Positions 35,746 through 50,290 of a DNA stretch of 64,000 bases are shown in pieces. The translations under genes were made by a program, and so were the position numbers. The DNA lies in the NCBI GenBank assembly GCA_973895155.1, contig OZ316892.1, forward strand, positions 20,223,869-20,287,868, written 5' to 3'. The notes under the pieces were generated by a model, which saw only the letters and a program-made list of their open reading frames with translations, made no database searches and was not told the DNA's origin. The DNA is from Marsupella aquatica. Its lineage: Eukaryota; Plantae; Marchantiophyta. How positions within the stretch are numbered: position 1 is the first letter of the stretch; each line of letters opens with the position of its first letter.

Positions 35746-38700
35746 ATGACCTCTTCTGCACTATTCGCCCGAGAGTGTGCAGCAGCAGCGCCACTGTGGC
35801 TGCTGCCACTCAAATCCTCTCCCACGAGCTCCGATTCTGCTGCTGTGTGCCGTACCATTGGCTGCAGAGGAGCGGACAATCGGAGGGTGATTCGGTGTTC
35901 TTCTCGCTCTTCGTCTGATTTTCGAAGGAGCTCGCAATTCGGCAATGCTAATTTAACTCGGCTTAGGCTGAATAGTAGTACCGCGTTTCAGAGTTTTACG
36001 TCATCCGGTGCATTTCTACGCAATTCGGGATTCAGTGAAAGGCGATCGCGGACATTTAGAGTTAGGGCGGAAAGTGAGAGCGGACTCGGAACATCTGGCG
36101 CTGACGATGAGCCGGCTAGTGAAGGAAATGGCAATGGTGGCAAGCAAGAAAATGGAGGACGAGAAGAAGGCTTGTCTGGTCTGCGTAATCGAGTTTTCTC
36201 TGCTGTGAAGCACTTCTCTGCGGAGTTTGCACGGGAGTTGAGGAATGAGACCGGTTTTGACAGCGAAGTTGCTCTACTCCGTTTGGGAGCAGAGTATTAC
36301 GCTCTGCGAGAGAAACTTGGAGGCAGACTGATTGCGGCACAAGATGAGGTGCAAAGCAAGGTGAATGTAGTGAGGGAGCGAGGCACAGGTGCTGTGAACA
36401 ACGTTCGGCACAGATACTGGCCTCAGTTTGTTAATTGGAACCGAATAGAACTCTGGCAGGTCAGTTCTCATCAATCTTTACTTAGTTGTATGTTCTTATT
36501 CGTGGAAATGAAATGAATGGTGTTTGAGCTGGTGGGAATGAATGAACTAGTGAATGAATGGCTTAGAGGGCTTTTAGCTGGAAATGAATGAGAGGGCGGC
36601 TGAACGGCTTTCGAGATCAAGCCTTTGGTGGTGGAGATATATCAACAAGTGAATGAATGGTTTTTTAAGGTCAATGCCCTTGACAGGGGAAAATGAGTGA
36701 ACGAATCAGTGTGTGAATGGGTTGTAATTGAAGCCTATTTCGGCAAGACCCTTTGGTTTGCTGCAGTTTGAGTATTTCACCGTGATTTGAGATTCCCTTT
36801 GTTAATCACATTTAAAACCAGACACGCCGGAAGAATGTTTTTTATGGAAATAAGAAAGAATTTTTTTACGGCTCCATGGGGGGTTTATCGTGTAGCAATT
36901 GTTGTCAAGATTAGAAATTAGTGGCTTCAGCCATCAAATTGGAGATCTAGAATTTGGAAACTAGAGTTCTGTACATTAGACTGAAGGAAGCCGTGATAAA
37001 TCGTGGAATTAGGAGCTAGCCCTCTAGCGGAACCAGATTATCAGAGTGTAGCTCGAGTACCACGGTTCAGGCCCACAAGTGTGAGCAATGAGTAATGTGA
37101 GATTCTGAGTTCATGATGGTTTCCAACAGGATAGGACACAATGGGATTTGCAACGTGCTGGGGCACTTGTCTTGTACGTTCTCCTAGTTGGATCTTTCTT
37201 GCGGGGAGCGCATATGATTGTAACAAATCCTAGACCAAGCAAAAAGGCAGTCGAAGAGACGACTGACGCTTTCTTGGAAAGCGTCATTCCAGAGCCAACC
37301 CCAGCAAATATTCGAAAGTAACTATTATGTCTATCCTCCTTTCCTTACTCACGTGAATTTCTCTGATCTCAGCAAGTTTTGAATTGGAAAACTAGTATCA
37401 ATACTATACTTATGTCGTATTGTAGTTCACCTAACCTAAATGCCAACAGGTTTAAAAAGGCAGTGTGGCGGGAGAAGGTGCCTGGAGGGTTTAATGTGAG
37501 GAAGTTCAAGCTTGGAGAGGATGGGGAATACGAGCAGGACTATTCATTTCCCGGAGATCAACCTGACGAGAATGGCAGTGACCCAAATTTTGATCCAGAT
37601 AGAGCAATCGATGAATCGGATTTGTTCACTGCAGAGGAAAAAGAACAGCTTAAGAGAGATATTTTAGAAGCAAAATCCACTGCCAATTTGGAACCTATTG
37701 CTGAAGATGAGAGGGTCCGAGCTAGAGTAGATATTACTGAGTGGATTGATCAAATGGATAACATAACACCTGAGGAGAAAGCGCAATTGAAGAAAGAAAT
37801 TGCAGAAGAAAAGGCACGTCAAGCAAAAGAGATAAGCGAACGTGCAAGTGGTGAGTGGGGCCTGAAATTGGATTGTAGTGTTCTAGGTTATTCTGAAGGA
37901 TGTAAATAGGAGGTCAGCCATTGAAGAAGGTCAGCTATAGAGTTGAATAAAGTGTGGATTTTCAAACCTGTGAAGTTCCTCAGCCTCGGCATCCCGTCAT
38001 CTAACTTTGCCACCTTTACAGGCCAAGATAAGGATATTAGCGTTCCTGGAGTTGCACCCATTACTACCTGGCAGGAGCGCCTCGCTGAGTGGAAAATGGT
38101 TTTTGAGAGGGAGACTTTAAAAGAAACCTTGGACGCAGCGTCAAGCCAATATGAGGTTGATGTCGATTGGCCAAAACTTGTAGCACAGATTGAGAATGTC
38201 AAGCGGGAGAAAGAAGAGGCTCCGAAGTCATTGAGAGCATTCTGGGTCGCAAGGAAGTGGTGGAAACATCGGCCAAAATTGCCCTATACTTACTTTCTGG
38301 CAAAAGTTCTGAATCATGAGGTATGTACAGGGGAATATCTTTGTTGACTTCAATCTGGTAAAGTTTTGATAATTAGCCATGTGCTTGAATTAGTCTCTCC
38401 TGCTGAAATTAACTAGGTGTCTTATTAAAGTAAATATCTCCGATGGTTCCGCCCCACGTAGCTGCAGTGGATGGAGATCAATCGATGTACCATTGAGCCT
38501 GGGATTTCCTTGTTGTTGTATCTAGGTGAGGGCAGCTGTATACACTGAAGACATGACGAAGCTCTATGTGACAATGAAGGAGGGTTTCCCTACTGATTAT
38601 GTTGTGAGTTTTTCTATGCCACCTTAGGTTTCCGATTATGTAGGCGATGACCCATTGGCTGCATGCTCTGTATGCCTTGACTATATACTCTCACTACTTG

Positions 38701-41700
38701 TACTAGTGGATTCTTCCACAAGTTTGAATCTCAATGACTCCCGATCTGAGGATTCGTTTTCAAGTTTGAGCCAGAATGAGAGGCATTGTTTTATGATAGC
38801 TAATTTCATTTGCACTCTTCTACAGGTTGATATTCCAGTGGATCCAACTCTATATACAATACTGGAAACATCTGGAGTTGAAATTGATGTTCTTCACCGA
38901 AGTAGTTTGTACTACTATGGTCGGATCTTACTCGTATTATTACCAAGCGTGTTGATCATTTGGTACATTCGACAAGTACAGTACCAAGCAAAGCAAAAAG
39001 CGTCAGAGAAAATCTACGACCTGCTGTCAATGAACCGACAGCACCTTATCCTTGTGAGTCTGTCACATCAAACTTTTGTCAGTAATTTCATTGTGAATTT
39101 GTAGTTTTAATGTCTAAATAATCAGGATGACGAGGAGCTGAGGTCAGTTTTGAAAACTAAACACTTTGTGTTGGTCAGCCAGAGGATGCTGCGGATAAGG
39201 CAAGATCACAGTACAAGGATGTTGTGGTCGGAGGGGACGTTTGGCTAGTCATTGAGGAGATAATGACTTACATGCGCAATCCAATGAAGTATCACAAGAG
39301 AAGAGTGAAGTTGCCCCGGGTACCTGTTTCTGACAGCTCTTGTGCAGCGGTTTTCTGGCTTGCAAGATGGCAACAAGTATTTTGTGTCTTCAATTTTGTA
39401 CTAATGATGATCAATATTGTCATTCAGTCATGGCTTTTGTAAACTATTTTTTGTCATTGAGTCATGCTGCAAAGAAGGGTTGTATTCCCTAATGTCTTGA
39501 GAAACTATGACAATGATGCAGGGAATATTAATAAGTGGTCCACCTGGCACTGGGAAGACCCTCCTTGCAAGGGCAATTGCAAGGGAAAGTGGGCTCCCTT
39601 TCGTATTTGCTTCTGGTGCAGAGTTTGTGGCAAGTGGCACCGCGACTGGGACGGACAAGATCTTTGATATTTTTTTCACTGCTAGAGCAAATGTAATGTC
39701 ACATATCACAACCTTGAAGGAATATTTCAAAATCAAGAGCTGTTCTCCAGCCCCAATTCCAGAGAAGATTACCTAGACAAGGGATATGATTGGAGTTGTA
39801 ACACAAAGAGCTGTTGTGGTGCAGGCACCATCATTCATCTTTATTGATGAAATTGATGCTTTGGCTGGAAAAGGTGTAAAGGAAGATGCAGAAAGGCGGG
39901 CTACTTTTGAGCAGCTCCTGTCTGAACTCGATGCCGAGTACGTCAGTTTACGGACTATTGTGTATATTATCTGCGATGCTGATGCTTTCAACTTTCGAAT
40001 CGATAGACTGATGTGTTAGCGCTTGCAATTTTGCTTATGTCATCCATCTGGACAGGATTTCATACTGGCAAGGACCCTAACTTCCAGCCTTTCTGCGAAT
40101 TGCATGCAGACCAGAGGACACAGATGTTGACAGGTTTGCACCTCGCCAGGCAGTGATATTGATTTGTGCAACTAATCGACCAGATGAACTGGATGAAGAT
40201 TTCATGCGTCCTGGCCGGATTGACCGTGAAATTCATATTGGTCTCCCTGGTGAAGAAGCTCGCTTGGGTATATTCAATGTTCACAGCCAAGGCAAGCCTC
40301 TTGCAAAAGACGTTGATTTTAGTAAGGTATGACCATGATGACATCTCCGACTCACCATGCTCAGAGTTCAATATCTATAGAACTGAGTAGGAATGGTCAT
40401 ATATAGTGATAGGGCTGCAGAACTCGAAGACTCGATCGTCTAATCGTGGATAAAATCTTTTTCATCTAATAGGTTCGCCTTTATATGGAATTTATTGACC
40501 AGGTCTGTAATAGTTTTAGTTCAATGACTAATTAGGGGCTGTCAATTGTCTCGACTTTTGTGGCAGCTTGTTTTTCGAACCATTGGTTATTCAGGAGCTG
40601 ACATCAGAAACCTCATCAACGAAGCGGGAATCATGGCTGTATGTGATCACTTTTCGTTATGGCAATTAGACATTGTATCGCTGAATAACGCTGATCTAAT
40701 GATGTTTGAGGAGGGCTTGGATAATTTGTAGTTTTTAATATTTGAGTACTGTGGTACCAGGTGAGGAAAGGTCATGATCAGATTACCCAGCAAGACTTTG
40801 TAGATGTGTTGGATAAGCAGCTATTCGAGGGCATGGGTGTTGTGCTAATGGACCAAGAACAGAAGAAAGCTGAGCAAAAGGTATTTCTGGAAAAGTCAGC
40901 AACAGTCTGTGGATGAAAGGTCTTACGGAGCCATAGTCACGCCTTGAAATTTTGACTTTTCTACTTTTTCTCTCCGTCTTTGTTTTCTTTCTGCTCTGTA
41001 CTCTGGGTTAAACACAATCAAATGTATTAAAGCCATGCTGCCACAACTTCTCAAGTTCGAGAACATTTACCGATTAATCGCAACCCTACAGATACCGGAA
41101 GAGAACAAGAGGTTACTTGCAGTGCATGAGGCTGGCCACGTACTACTGGCGCACCTTTTCCCACGTTTTGACTGGCATGCTTTCAGCCATCTGCTCCCAG
41201 GAGGCTCGGTAAGTTTTCTGGCCCTCGAGGGTTTCTGCCAGGCTCTAGTTGAATGAGGCTATGAGTTTATCGATTTACCTGACTTTGCCTTGTGATGTCT
41301 AAGAAGCGTCTGACTCGTTCAGTACGTGAAAGGTCGATAAAGGAGGGATCAAGTGATTGGGGAAAGTCGTAGTGCCTAAGCCTCTTACGTCAATGCTGAA
41401 AGAAGTTCTGTTCCATATTGTTGTAGGATACGGCACTTTCAGTATTCTATCCAAGACAGGAGATGTTGCAACTAGGCCATACAACAGTTGGATATGTGAT
41501 GATGCAAATGGTGGTTGCACATGGTGGCCGATGTGCTGAACGGCTCATATTTGGTGATATTAGTGATGGAGGACAGGATGATCTTGCCAGAATTTCTTCG
41601 GTATGCATTTATTTTACAGTTGGATCGGATTCGAAGTTTAAAATGTGGGATCAGGGCTCTTTGGCTTAATCTTGGTTGTGAACATTATTTTAGTTATTCT

Positions 41701-42934
41701 TGCTGAAATATGCTATTGGCCTTCGCTTCTCTCCTTTTAGCTGGCTCGTGAGTTGACCATCAGCCCTGCCAACAGCCGGCTAGGTTTGTTCCCTATGAAG
41801 TGGCGCGACACAATGGATCCACCCAAACTTCCTGGTGAAGTTGAGCTCATTCCAAATGAGGTACCTTTGTCAGGTCCTACAACCAATGTCCTTTTCTTTT
41901 TCCCTTGCAATGCGTTGAAATTATTCAAGATGTCTACCCGGATGTGGATATTTCTCTGTCAACCTTGGATGACAGGTTGCTTAAGTGATTGACACAAATG
42001 GCATAGTTTGTTTGGCACTGTCGCATTCATGTATCCTCATGAAGTTATCGTCTGATGCAGTGGGATAAACAAGGAACACAGATTGTAAACATGTCGGTAG
42101 AATTTTCCGAGCTATTCACCCGGGAAGTCACGAAGGCAAGTGCCTACAGATCTCTTTACCTTCAAGCCTTTTGGGAAGATTTTTTGAAATGAGGTGTCAT
42201 CACCTTCCTTTACAGAGAACGTGTACTCAGAATAAAGGGGTTGGGCAGTGGGTAACTGGAGTACCCGCTGGAGTGACCCAAACATCTATGCGGGTTTTGG
42301 GAGTTGTGGCTTGCATGATATTGATACCTCCTGTGCTTTTGGCAGTATGCTGAGGAAACAGAGGAGATTGCTATGACAGCTTTGTCAAAAAATCGGCATA
42401 TTTTAGAGAGACTTGCAGATGTGCTATTGGCCAATACAAAAATGAGTGGATTTGTAAGTTTTGACATTTCAGCGGTTTGTCGTGTTAAGGATCTCAATGT
42501 TACTTTCAACGGCAGCATACAAAATAATATTTGGTTGCAGTGAGCAAAATATACTGGCTAGAGTCACCGAATTGTCTGTTTTAAGCCTTCCTAATCTGCC
42601 GACTTCATCAAGAGTAGTCTTCTGATCCTTATCTCTGTGTTCTTTGTTTTGATGTTGCACCCACAGGAAGCAGACGACATTATCAGATCCATGAACCCTG
42701 TGCTTCTACCAGACTTCATGGATAGCAGCCCCGTGCCTGACTTTAAGTCATTTGAGGTATTGTTACTCGTTTCAAGATGCAGATATTGATTCTCACCGAC
42801 TTTTTATCAACCCAAGAATTACCACATCTAATCTGTCGTTCTTTTTATGATTCCAGGAGAAGGTTACACCTCCAAAGATGCGAGGTCGATATGAGGAAAT
42901 GAATATCTATGCAGCACCGCTCCATGAATGTTGA
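35746..42934 (+). CDS. FTSH12: Chloroplast ATP-dependent zinc metalloprotease FtsH12, multi-exon (first exons 35746-36459, 37130-37317, 37450-37850, 38022-38320; last exon ends at TGA 42934)
   Basis: Ser/Arg-rich transit peptide; FtsH12-type motifs IPEPTPANIRKFKKAVWR, TWQERLAEWK, WWKHRPKLPYTYFL; Walker A GPPGTGKT; Walker B IFIDEIDA; RPGRIDR; zinc motif HEAGH; C-terminus YAAPLHEC. Confidence 0.93.
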
Positions 42935-44882
42935 CACCAATTAGTTGTATCTTTGCCAAATGTCTTAGAAAGGAAATTGAATGTTTCCACAATTGTGGTG
43001 AATTTGTTAGAATAATATTATTTATAGATGCCATACTGTGCGAAAGTTGTTGCATTGGAACTCCTATCGGGATCTTTGTATCAAGATTCCCCCGTTCAAT
43101 TCCAAAACAGTTTTGACCTCTACCTTCCACAAATTTCCTTCATGTACGCATCTACCCCAAGATCTCAAAACCAGATGCTGCTCATTGTGGTCGGCAATTT
43201 TGAAATTTTAAGGCTTTAACGCGGGCAGGCAGTTTATCGTTCCCGGATTACGTATGTGCTTTCTGGGGCCAAAACTTGGGCCAAGGTACTCGATGTTTCA
43301 ACTTGAGATCTAAATGACGTTTTCCGCCTGCACTAATCTAGGGATCTAGTTGCCATACCAATATTGTGGGCTCAAACCATCTGCGACGACTTCGAAACGA
43401 GTCGTTGATTTACGTACATGACAAGTGACGTATTTCAAAAACTGGTGAGATGCGCCCGAGGATGAATTTAGGAGGCAGACATCGTGAAAATATCTTGGAC
43501 TCCGCACGGTCCATTGGGATATTTGAGGAGAAAGGTGGGATTTTACCTACATTAAGTGCTGGATTAGGCTTCCTCCCAACCCAACCCTATTAGCAGAATG
43601 AAGCTACTTTTGAACTTAATTACAGTGTAGCGGTTTGAAAGACGTGATGATCACAAGTTTGTAGACCAGGAACAATACTAACCTTTCTTGATTAATCGTG
43701 TCCGCACAATTTTGTTGATTGCATTTTAATAATGTCCACCTTCCACCTCTGTTTGGTATGCACTTCACTAAAATATGCAAAATACTCCTTCTCCCACATT
43801 TTTGTAAAGCTCAGCACCCTCTCCCATATTCTTTCTCCTAGCTATGCTTCAAAGTAAATAGTGTTTCATTGCAGAGTGAGTTCTGCATGTTTCGAAGTCT
43901 AAGTGCTGCAGAAACCAAATGAAAAACGAATCTAAATGTTGTTGCTCACCTCGAGGTCTCCAAGGAAAGGGAAAGTTCCTCTCGTTCGTTTTGATACGAT
44001 CTAAGGAAGTGCATCGAAAAGAAATATCATTTCCGTGCGCACTTGCCCTCGTGCAAAGCGAGACCCAGCTTTCAACAAGGAATGAAAACACAACTTACAA
44101 ACTAAAACCCAAGAAAGACAATGGCGGATTTCCCAAGTGATGAAGTAAGAAGTACACCGTGTTACTCTTTCTGATTCATTTACAATTCTGCTGGTTTGTT
44201 GAAAACTCTACAGATATTCCCAGCCTCTTGGAAATGTCATTTCTGCAAAATTTATGTGGAGCACACACCAATGACTGACTACTGGACGGAGGAATTTATA
44301 AAATTGCACAAAGGAAAGAAAACGGTCCCTCTCTGACACAAAGAAACGTTCCCTCTCAAGACGGCTTCGTTTGGGTTGTACTTCTTCCAATGTGAAAATG
44401 TGGTACTGTATTCTCAGTGGCCATTTGCAGTTGTGGGATGACCAACCATGGATTTCATATCGAAGAGTCAAATTACACATCAATCATATCAAGACAATTT
44501 AAATCAAAAATTTCAAAACAGATGTTCACAAAATCTTTCAGTTTTCACTACTTTTCATTTTTCGGCCTCCGTATTTTGATCGATGAGACGAAAGGCACTC
44601 CAGGAATTGTGGACTACTAGCTGCAGCTTTGAAGCCCAGAATTGCCGAGTACACACCTGCCCCAGTTACGGCCGAGTTGGAGGATGTGGCCCATGCTTTA
44701 GAGCGTTGAAGCCAGGGTTTCATACCTTCACATGGTTCTCAAGTTAGGTGCTGAAAGTGAGCAGTGAGCTTGAGAAGAGATTCGTGCTGTCCCCTCGTCA
44801 CGTAGCCAGTGAATGTGATACTTCTCACTGGAGGAGGAGACGAGGATGTGAGCTATTGTTCTACCTCTGATTTCTGGAAAGG

Positions 44883-47800
44883 ATGCCGATGGATCCGAGC
44901 TGGAAAAGTAAGGAGGGAGAGGAGGGGGCGCTAGAGGATTCGGCTCCCCTTCTCGATTCTCTTCAACATTCGACAGAATCCACCATCGTAAGCGGAACTG
45001 CAACAACATCAGGATCACCATCTTGGGTGCATGGATCTGGCGAGGCTGCTCCCGTGGTGATTGAGCTTAGCGAGACTACAAGTTAGTGCTCTGGACCCTA
45101 CCTTAGTTCTCTTGTGGCCTGGCGTAATTGGGTTAGAGGGGGTGGTTCTGTGGTCCTTGAATGTGCAAAATTGAGCATGTCCGCATGTTTTGTTAGATTT
45201 GGTTTCTGGCAGAAGTCTTGCTCGAGTGCGATACGGTGGACTCTGAGAGGTCCCGTCATTCTTGGCTCCATGTAGTCCATGATTGCGGCTAGCCTGTGCC
45301 TACACGCAGGTGACAGTCTTCTTAATCCTTTCACTAGGACGATAGCTGCCGAGTATTGGAGTTCGTATACACCAGAAGAGTATTCTTTGAGATTTCACAG
45401 GGCACAGACGGATCACAGGGCATGGACGGATTTGGGCAATGATGTGGCATTGATGGACAACTCTTTCCCATTGGGTGCAGTAGCAGGGACTGGTGGCTGT
45501 TTCGTGTCGTAGGTCACCCCAAGGCCCGCCCTACAGCATTACGCCCTCATCCTTGAATCGCAAAACATGACGTCTTCTAATTATCTTCCTTTATCTTCGA
45601 TGTTCAACCAAATTTGGAACTTCAAAATTGAATCGAGTGTAGAACCACCCAAATTCGTTGCATTGGGCAGCTTAGAAGGGGAACACCGTATTCCAGAAGA
45701 TGTTGGTTGAAGGGTGGAAGCCCTCAAGTGAGACGCGGTGAAGACTATGTACAAAACCTATCAATGGTTGTCAGTTGAGAGTATACAAGTGTCTTTGCTT
45801 TGAATTTGGCTTGAGCATAGCCTCACCGAAGGCCCAGCCAAGCGTTATCACTTGCTGGCTGAACGCCAGTGATTACATGAGGTCCTTGAACCGACAAAAT
45901 GGTCGAAGTTTCCGATTTCTCGTGTAGGCAACTTTTGAATCCAGGGATCATACTTAGACAGGCTCTCTTATTCGTGGGCCATACTGACGCCAAAACAAGC
46001 CAGTAAACTACTCAGAATAACTTAATCCCCCTATTGGATGAACGCTTTGCAAAGAAGGGGTGCCAGATTTGATTGCTTCCCTCTTCGGTCCTGGACTGAT
46101 AAAGATGCGATTGTCACAGGCCGCACCAAAGGGGCAACGGAGCCGAGTACGTCATATGACAATCAGGGTAGGGAAGCAGGCCGGGTAGGGGATATGCTGC
46201 CATACTTATACGGCAGTCACTTCCTGTCGAGATGGGGTGACAGGTATGCATGTTCACCCGACCAAAAGAGCAAATGCTGCTACGAAACTCGTTCTTTCTG
46301 CCGAGACCAGTTGATTGTTGCTTTGTTGTCAAGGAGAACAAAACTGGATAAACCTTCTGGGTAATTTGGATCAGATCTGGAACCAAGACTGTTTCTTAGC
46401 ACTCTCTGACTTGGTCTTCGTCCGTCGAATAGCTCATTATGAAATAACAGAGACAGATGAAGCTTACTCAGGCCAGATTTGCAGCTAGGACCGTTACCTT
46501 GAAGCTGATTTTATCTGTGATGTGTACGATATGACAGGATGTGGGAATTTGCCGTAGGGCTCTTTATGATCGAAGTTTGGCCCACCTCTCTTCTTCTGGC
46601 AGCTATCTACGGTCTTACAGAAGCAGCTTCAATTGCTATCTTTGGTGTTGTCGTTGGGAACTGGGTTGATAGAACTTCACGGCTGAAGGTTTGTACCTTA
46701 TTCATTGCTTCTCATATGCAAATATACATGTTCAGAATGGGGATTAGTGTTCTTCTCCACATATTCCACTTAGCCTCGTCCTAGATCTGTCACAAGAACG
46801 GCTATTTAATCGGATTATTCTTCCTTGCGTTTTAATACCAATCTAATCCCGTTGATTTTCTAGGTGGTTCAAATCTCACTGGGAGTACAGAATAGCTCCA
46901 TCGTCATCGCAGGAATAGCAGTGGTGGCTTTGCTAGGGTTCCCTGGGTCATCACTACCAAGAGGTTCAAGGGCTTTCATTACTTTGGTTGTGGTGGTGAA
47001 TGTGTGTGGTGCGTTTGCAAGGCTTGGTGGTCTTGGAAGCAACCTCGTGGTGGAACGAGACTGGTTGGTCTACTCATTCCGTTTACACTAGCTTCAAACA
47101 TATCATTAGGGCTTTTGCATACGAGACTCCTTCAAGTACCCAGCCCACTTTGGGCTTGATAAGAACGTTATTGCAAAGAGCCTCTAAAATCTTCCGAATT
47201 TCCGTGATTTAGTAGAATCCTGCAATGCATTGACTTGGAGTAAATAAGGGATTGGGAAATTACACATTTTCTCCCCTTCTAACCAAATTCTGCATTTATT
47301 TGTCAAACAGGGTTGTTGTGATTACAGAGAATCAGGCGCCAGAGATGCTCGCTCAAATGAATAGTGTCATGCGGCGTATTGATCTATCCTGTAAACTACT
47401 CGCACCTGTGCTTGTGGGAGCTCTCATGAGTTTTGTATCCCCGCTTTGGTGTGCTGTGGGGATTGCTTCCTGGAATGCTATATCGTTTGGCTTCGAGTAC
47501 TGGTTTCTACACAAGGTTTACTGGTCAATTGCCGCACTTCAGCTGAAAGCCCCATCTCCGCAGAAAAGCTCTGGTCTTGTGCTTGAAGACAGGGAGTTGG
47601 AGCCCTCCAAAGGCAGTTATCAACCAGTAGAACTTGATGAGGATGTTGCAAGTTATGAGAAGGCTACCCCCAGGACCTCCTTCTGGGAAAAAACTTTCGG
47701 AGGTTGGAGTGTCTACTGTCAGCAAGAAGTGGTGCTCCCGGGTTTTGCTCTAGCACTGCTGTATTTTACGGTCCTGAGGTATTACCTGACCCAACAGCTA

Positions 47801-49190
47801 GCAATAAGCTAGGAGGAAATGTGGACTGAAATTGTAGAATTTTATCTTGTTAGAGACTTGATGTTAGGCATCCTATGCGGATTTGAAACTGTAGGGTAGA
47901 CTACTTAAAGGCTCTGGTTTAATACCCTTAACAGTTCATCGATTTTTTGCTTTTCAACTTTTGATTCCCTTTCATAATAGTCACTTGCATCTGCAGTTTT
48001 GGATCACTGATGACAGCCGTTCTTAACTGGAGAGGAGTGCCGGCGTATGTGCTCGGATTAGCACGTGGAGTTGCAGCCTTAATAGGGATCTTGGCCACAG
48101 TTGCTTATCCTTTAGTGCATTCTCGTCTGAAGACAATCCGAACAGGGCTATGGTCAATATGGATACAGGTCCCTCCTCTATTTGGCTGGCTATATCTCCC
48201 ACTTTCTGTCCGATGCCCCTCTCAAACCAGTGGACTCCAAAATCAATTCTCTTCTGGAGTGATTGTTTTTTTTAGGAGAACATTGAGAGCCTTGTTTACT
48301 TAAAGTTCTATGTTAAATTTCAGCTTGAATTCGGCTTGTTCATGAGTTTTCTGAAATCTTGGTATGCTGTGCAGTGGTCGTTACTCTCGTTGTGTGCCAC
48401 ATCTGTCCTGGTGCACAACGGGATTGAGGCATCAATAATGCTCATTGCTGGAGTTGCAGCTTCACGCTTTGGTCTTTGGATGTTTGATTTGGCTGTCACC
48501 CAGCTTATGCAGGTAACAACTGAAGGTTTTCCATTCACGGAAGGGAAACGATTAGGCCAATTGCCTTCACTTTGAATCCTTATATGTAAATAGTTTGCAG
48601 CAGAGACGTTGACTGTGTCTATCATTAGAAACAGGATAATGTGGAGACCTATTTATCTTCCCGGAGGCTTACATGCTAAAGTATCACACATTGAAGGAGT
48701 GGAGAGACCTGTAACTCAATTTGGGCAACTGCTTTACAGGAGTCCATCCCTGAACATGAAAGGGGTGTAGTGGGTGGAGTACAAAACTCGTTGCAGTCTA
48801 TCATGGATATGCTCTCCTACGTCGTGGCGATAATCATCTCAGAGCCCCAGGTATTGTTTTACTTACTACCATTATTAGTAGTAGGAGTAGTAGTAAGTAC
48901 CGAAGTTACTCATGACTATGTGAAAAGGCTACAGCTAACGTACCCAATTTGAGATTCTCTTCCCCATATGTTGTGTGCCCAGCAACAACTTTTTGAATTT
49001 TTCATTGGGTTCGGGCACTGGGAGCTGAGTTCATTGTTTGTTATCTTTTCTGCAGAAATTTTGGATTCCAGTCATTATGTCTTACGGGTCAGTGGGACTT
49101 TCTGCTCTGTTATATGCAACCTATGCACACAAGGCTCGTGGTCATCTGTTCCATTTAGAACGGCTCTTTCACAAGTTCCGAGAGTTGTGA
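44883..49190 (+). CDS. FPN: Ferroportin / IREG (SLC40) iron-nickel-cobalt exporter, about 9 exons
   Basis: LYGSHFLSRWGDR-MWEFAVGLFM, GNWVDRTSRLK, VVERDWVVV, MNSVMRRIDLSCKLLAP, GFALALLYFTVLSFGSLMTA, ASRFGLWMFDLAVTQLMQE, GGVQNSLQS, C-terminal RGHLFHLE. Exon 1 (44883-45081) joins exon 2 (46120-46243) in phase; the start codon is less certain than the rest. Confidence 0.92.
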
Positions 49191-50200
49191 CAGTGCCATC
49201 ATCACCATACTTTTTGATAGTCTACATTTTATTCCGCAAATGACATCTTTTGACACCTGCTAAAGTACAGCACAAGAATTGATGGCTCCAGGCTCCCAAT
49301 GCTGATGCAACATACGAATGCAGAGTACATACAAATTGAAGCTGCTATTTGGTTATGGGGTTGCTTCCAGCATGTACAGTTGGAAGCAACTAGTATCCAA
49401 CCAACAGATTTGTAATGCTGGCTTAGAAGCATCAGGTCTTTAGAGGAAACCAGTTGTGACTCTATGAAAATGGTTTCAGCTACCCTGAGGTGCACAAAAA
49501 TGAATAATGTATGGACGGGAAACCCCATCAACGAAACCATGAATGTCTCAAAATGGTCACCTAACTTGCTCTGGCTCTAGCCCTTCATGGACCTAATGGA
49601 TACATTACATAGTGCGGGAAGAAGTGTTATATCATTGGTTTCATGATATTTCGGAAGTGCAACAAACTGTCGTGGGAGGTTCCATGGTAGGAATGGAAAT
49701 TGATGTTTAAGGAAATTGTTCTTGGAAGTACACAACGTGAGGCTGAGCATATGTTACTCTGGAATACTTGACTCATGCGCCAGGATTGCAAGTGTAGAGG
49801 ACGATGTGGGACGATGGTTCCCAAAACCACGAACCCTTATTTCCAGCTATGGACTGTGGAGTACTGTTTAAAAGACACTTCACCTATAAGAGCTATGGGT
49901 AACCCCTAGTTCTCATTATAAAGTGAACAAGTTCAATATTCATCCGGGTTTTCACTAGATATGGGGTTGGGCTTCACCTTGTGCAGTGAGTATTCCACAT
50001 TTTATGGTGAGTCCACTACTCACCACAGGACAAGGATGACCTCTAGCAAGGCCGGGAATGAGGCTTTTATATGGGCGGGTGTGGTTTAAGTGAAACTTCA
50101 TCTTGGTGCAGTCATATTGAACAGCACTCATTTTATGTTCTGGAAACAGCTTTCCAAGAATACACATAAATATTTCATATATAAGTATGTATACTATGCC

Positions 50201-50290
50201 ATTTACAGATTAGAATTATATCCTACTGCCATTTGAATTCACGTAATTTCCAGATTAGAATTATATCCTACTGCCATTTGAATTCACGTA
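50201..50290. repeat. 45-bp tandem duplication
   Basis: ATTT(A/C)CAGATTAGAATTATATCCTACTGCCATTTGAATTCACGTA twice. Confidence 0.9.
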
